A stretch of DNA of 64,000 bases from a virus. A model generated the notes under the pieces. That model worked only from the letters and a program-made list of their open reading frames with translations. It was not told the DNA's origin and did not search any database. This document shows, piece after piece, positions 61,863 through 64,000 of the stretch (position 1 is the stretch's first letter; each line of letters starts with the position of its first letter). The stretch covers positions 1 to 64,000 of the IMG/VR virus record IMGVR_UViG_3300046453_000081, one strand, 5' to 3'. The position numbers and the translations under genes are program-made.

Positions 61863-62159
61863 GCCGACAACAACTCCCCATAATCTCTCTCTTTAATATT
61901 GCTTTTTGTTTACTATATAATAATAGTTGTTCAATATAGTAAACAATTATACAAAAAATATTTTTATATGTGTAATTTAAATACTCTGCTCATATTCTTA
62001 TTATATCTTTCCTGTCATTATACGTCTATAATTTTATTTATCACTTGTATGTAGATTTAGTGACTTTCATGGGACATAATGACGATTTTTTAAAAAAAAT
62101 GTTTGACAACATTTATCACACTTAGTCGAATAAGCATATTAATTGGAACAAAGTGTCAT

Positions 62160-62208
62160 AAATAAGGGAAGTCCCCTGATACCATATATCAAGAGACTTC
62201 CCTTATTT
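62160..62208. terminator. Long stem-loop downstream of the HTH gene
   Basis: AAATAAGGGAAGTC...GACTTCCCTTATTT. Confidence 0.65.
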
Positions 62209-62226
62209 ATTATATTGCCATATCGT

Positions 62227-62481
62227 TTATTCATTTCCATTTTCATCTGCATTAAATTCAAATAAATCATTTATATCCACACTTAACATGTCTGCAATAG
62301 CAAATCCATAAACTAATTTCCAACTAACGTTATTATTTAATAGTTCCATAAAATTATTATACTTAATAGTAAAACCATACTTCGTTGTCCATCGTTCATG
62401 GAATTCCTTTGCAGTCCACTCTTCTTTTCCAATTAAATTCTGAAATCTTTGTCTGTTTAATTTCGCATCTGTCAATACCAT
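62227..62481 (-). CDS. XRE-like helix-turn-helix regulator
   Basis: Start MVLTDAK; C-terminal AIADMLSVDINDLFEF. Confidence 0.6.
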   Translation of the reverse strand: MVLTDAKLNRQRFQNLIGKEEWTAKEFHERWTTKYGFTIKYNNFMELLNNNVSWKLVYGFAIADMLSVDINDLFEFNADENGNE

Positions 62482-62498
62482 AGTTTTCGCCCCTCTTT

Positions 62499-63707
62499 TT
62501 ATACGAACGTACATTCCTCTTTGTATAATTTCTTAATAATTTCTGGATTACAATATTTTTTAACAGGATACCAATTTTCAATATTATATATGGCACATAT
62601 TTCTAAATAATCTTCTTTTGTTAATACTCCATTTTTTATTCTTCTACTCGCTTCATAGATTATACCACTTCTAACAATGTTTTTAGCAGTTAGATACGGA
62701 TAGCCTAGTACTTCATTAATCATTTTGATTTTTCTATAAATAACCATTTTATCCACAGGTCTATTTTTCTCGTCAGTCCTAGTAATAGAGGTGCGGATTA
62801 CGTAATCATTGCTAACTAGGTTCGTAAGTAAACCAACCGATTCATCTTGAATATCGCCATTTCTCTTAACGTATTCTTCTTGAATCATTGCTTTTTCTAA
62901 TAAGTCCATTGTGGACTGAGTTAGCTTAACCTTCCTCTTACTATTATCTTCGTTGTATACTATAAGAATATTGTTATTGTCTATTGCTTGTCGGACATGT
63001 TCTTTCTTGATGTTTCGTATTTCAGATAACGATTCTCCCTGAATCCCTTCGAACAATAATTTGATAATAACAGCGTCTTGAGGATTTTTGCAGTCCCAAT
63101 TGATTTTTTCAATTGTTGCTCTTGTGAAGTATAACTCTAACTCTTTGTCAACAAATCTTATAAAATAATCCATAGGTAATGTCTTTAATTCATTATTTTT
63201 AGCACTTGTCTCGCTATTGTCGATGCACCAATCAATGTATGTTGAAATGATTCTTCCATTAACGTGGGAAGCTGATTCTGTTAGTGGCTCTAATTCATAC
63301 AATACATTTTCCAGTTCAGACAAGGTAAACAGAGATAAGTCTTTATTATATTTGTCTTCATACTTCAAACTTTTCTCAAGAATTCTTGCATATGGTGTTT
63401 GTGTATTGCTTGGGTATCTGTGAAGGAATTTTAATTTAATTTTATTATTGTAGAATGTCTCTAGATTATATTTTTCACTTTTGGTAATTTCAAATACAGA
63501 ATGAATTAACATGTATTTTACAGATAATTTTAATTCCTCGACATCTTGGCTCAAAATAATCTTACGTACTTCTCCGCTGAGTAGACCATACTTTTCCATC
63601 AATATTTTTAATTCTTTTTCCCCATCAACTCTACTCCTTATTTCGTCAATTCCACTGATTACTAATGCATTGATTTTTCTTGTTTTATCTCTATCAATTT
63701 TTGTCAT
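62499..63707 (-). CDS. MrpR (SPbeta YopR)-like tyrosine-recombinase-fold lytic-cycle repressor
   Basis: YN..IK.KFL, E..Y.KDL..F, YIDWC, NPQDAVI..LLFEGI.G..LSEI.N, LTAKNIVRSG; likely start at MTKIDRD. Confidence 0.7.
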   Translation of the reverse strand: MTKIDRDKTRKINALVISGIDEIRSRVDGEKELKILMEKYGLLSGEVRKIILSQDVEELKLSVKYMLIHSVFEITKSEKYNLETFYNNKIKLKFLHRYPSNTQTPYARILEKSLKYEDKYNKDLSLFTLSELENVLYELEPLTESASHVNGRIISTYIDWCIDNSETSAKNNELKTLPMDYFIRFVDKELELYFTRATIEKINWDCKNPQDAVIIKLLFEGIQGESLSEIRNIKKEHVRQAIDNNNILIVYNEDNSKRKVKLTQSTMDLLEKAMIQEEYVKRNGDIQDESVGLLTNLVSNDYVIRTSITRTDEKNRPVDKMVIYRKIKMINEVLGYPYLTAKNIVRSGIIYEASRRIKNGVLTKEDYLEICAIYNIENWYPVKKYCNPEIIKKLYKEECTFV

Positions 63708-63921
63708 GTTTTTCACTCCTTTGTATTGCACCCTTTATTGTCTCAATGTTATTTATTTGAGTTTTTATTGTACTAATACTTAATTTAATTATAATTTAAT
63801 TCACAACATTTTTCAATGTTATTAATTAGGCATTAAAAGGAGTGGGATATTTTTTTGCATTTCTTATAATACTTAATTGCTAAAGGCAGATGAATAAATC
63901 AACTTTTATCTGTTTGATTAT

Positions 63922-63950
63922 ATTATAACACATTTTCGATTCATTAACAA
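63922..63950 (-). promoter_or_regulatory. Candidate promoter of the mrpR-like gene
   Basis: TTGTTA-17 nt-TATAAT with a TG extended -10. Confidence 0.5.
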
Positions 63951-64000
63951 TGGATTTTGGTATAAAGTACCATATTTCGATTCTGATAACTCGCTTTGTT

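Overview
AT-rich 64 kb segment of a large Firmicutes (probably Bacillaceae) phage or prophage that resembles the SPbeta group. Almost all real genes are on the minus strand, and all family calls come from motif recognition without database searches. In the direction of transcription (right to left) it carries an MrpR-like recombinase-fold repressor and an HTH gene, an SSB-like protein, and a YorG/Sak4-like ATPase split in its Walker A motif by a LAGLIDADG-encoding group I intron. These are followed by a 3D-domain protein, a dNMP kinase, arrays of tiny accessory ORFs, PnuC-NadR, a radical SAM/SPASM enzyme, Pnk-HD, helicase/primase, a macrodomain, RecJ, dUTPase, an RNA ligase and a nucleotide-metabolism block (thyA, DHFR, nrdD, disrupted nrdG, tdk). 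NADAR, nucleotidyltransferase, methyltransferase, PcfJ-like and free-standing endonuclease genes are interspersed. The most striking candidate new system is at 43.7-47.9 kb. There, a radical SAM/SPASM enzyme with a non-canonical CX7CX6C motif sits upstream of four otherwise dissimilar small proteins that all begin MK(I/V)RxxFVTNSSSSSF. Other notable signals are a 6-nt in-frame stop insertion in the nrdG Fe-S motif, a roughly 14-copy promoter-associated motif, an MRSPP mini-uORF, and repeated intergenic elements between tiny genes. I saw no tRNA, rRNA or CRISPR array.
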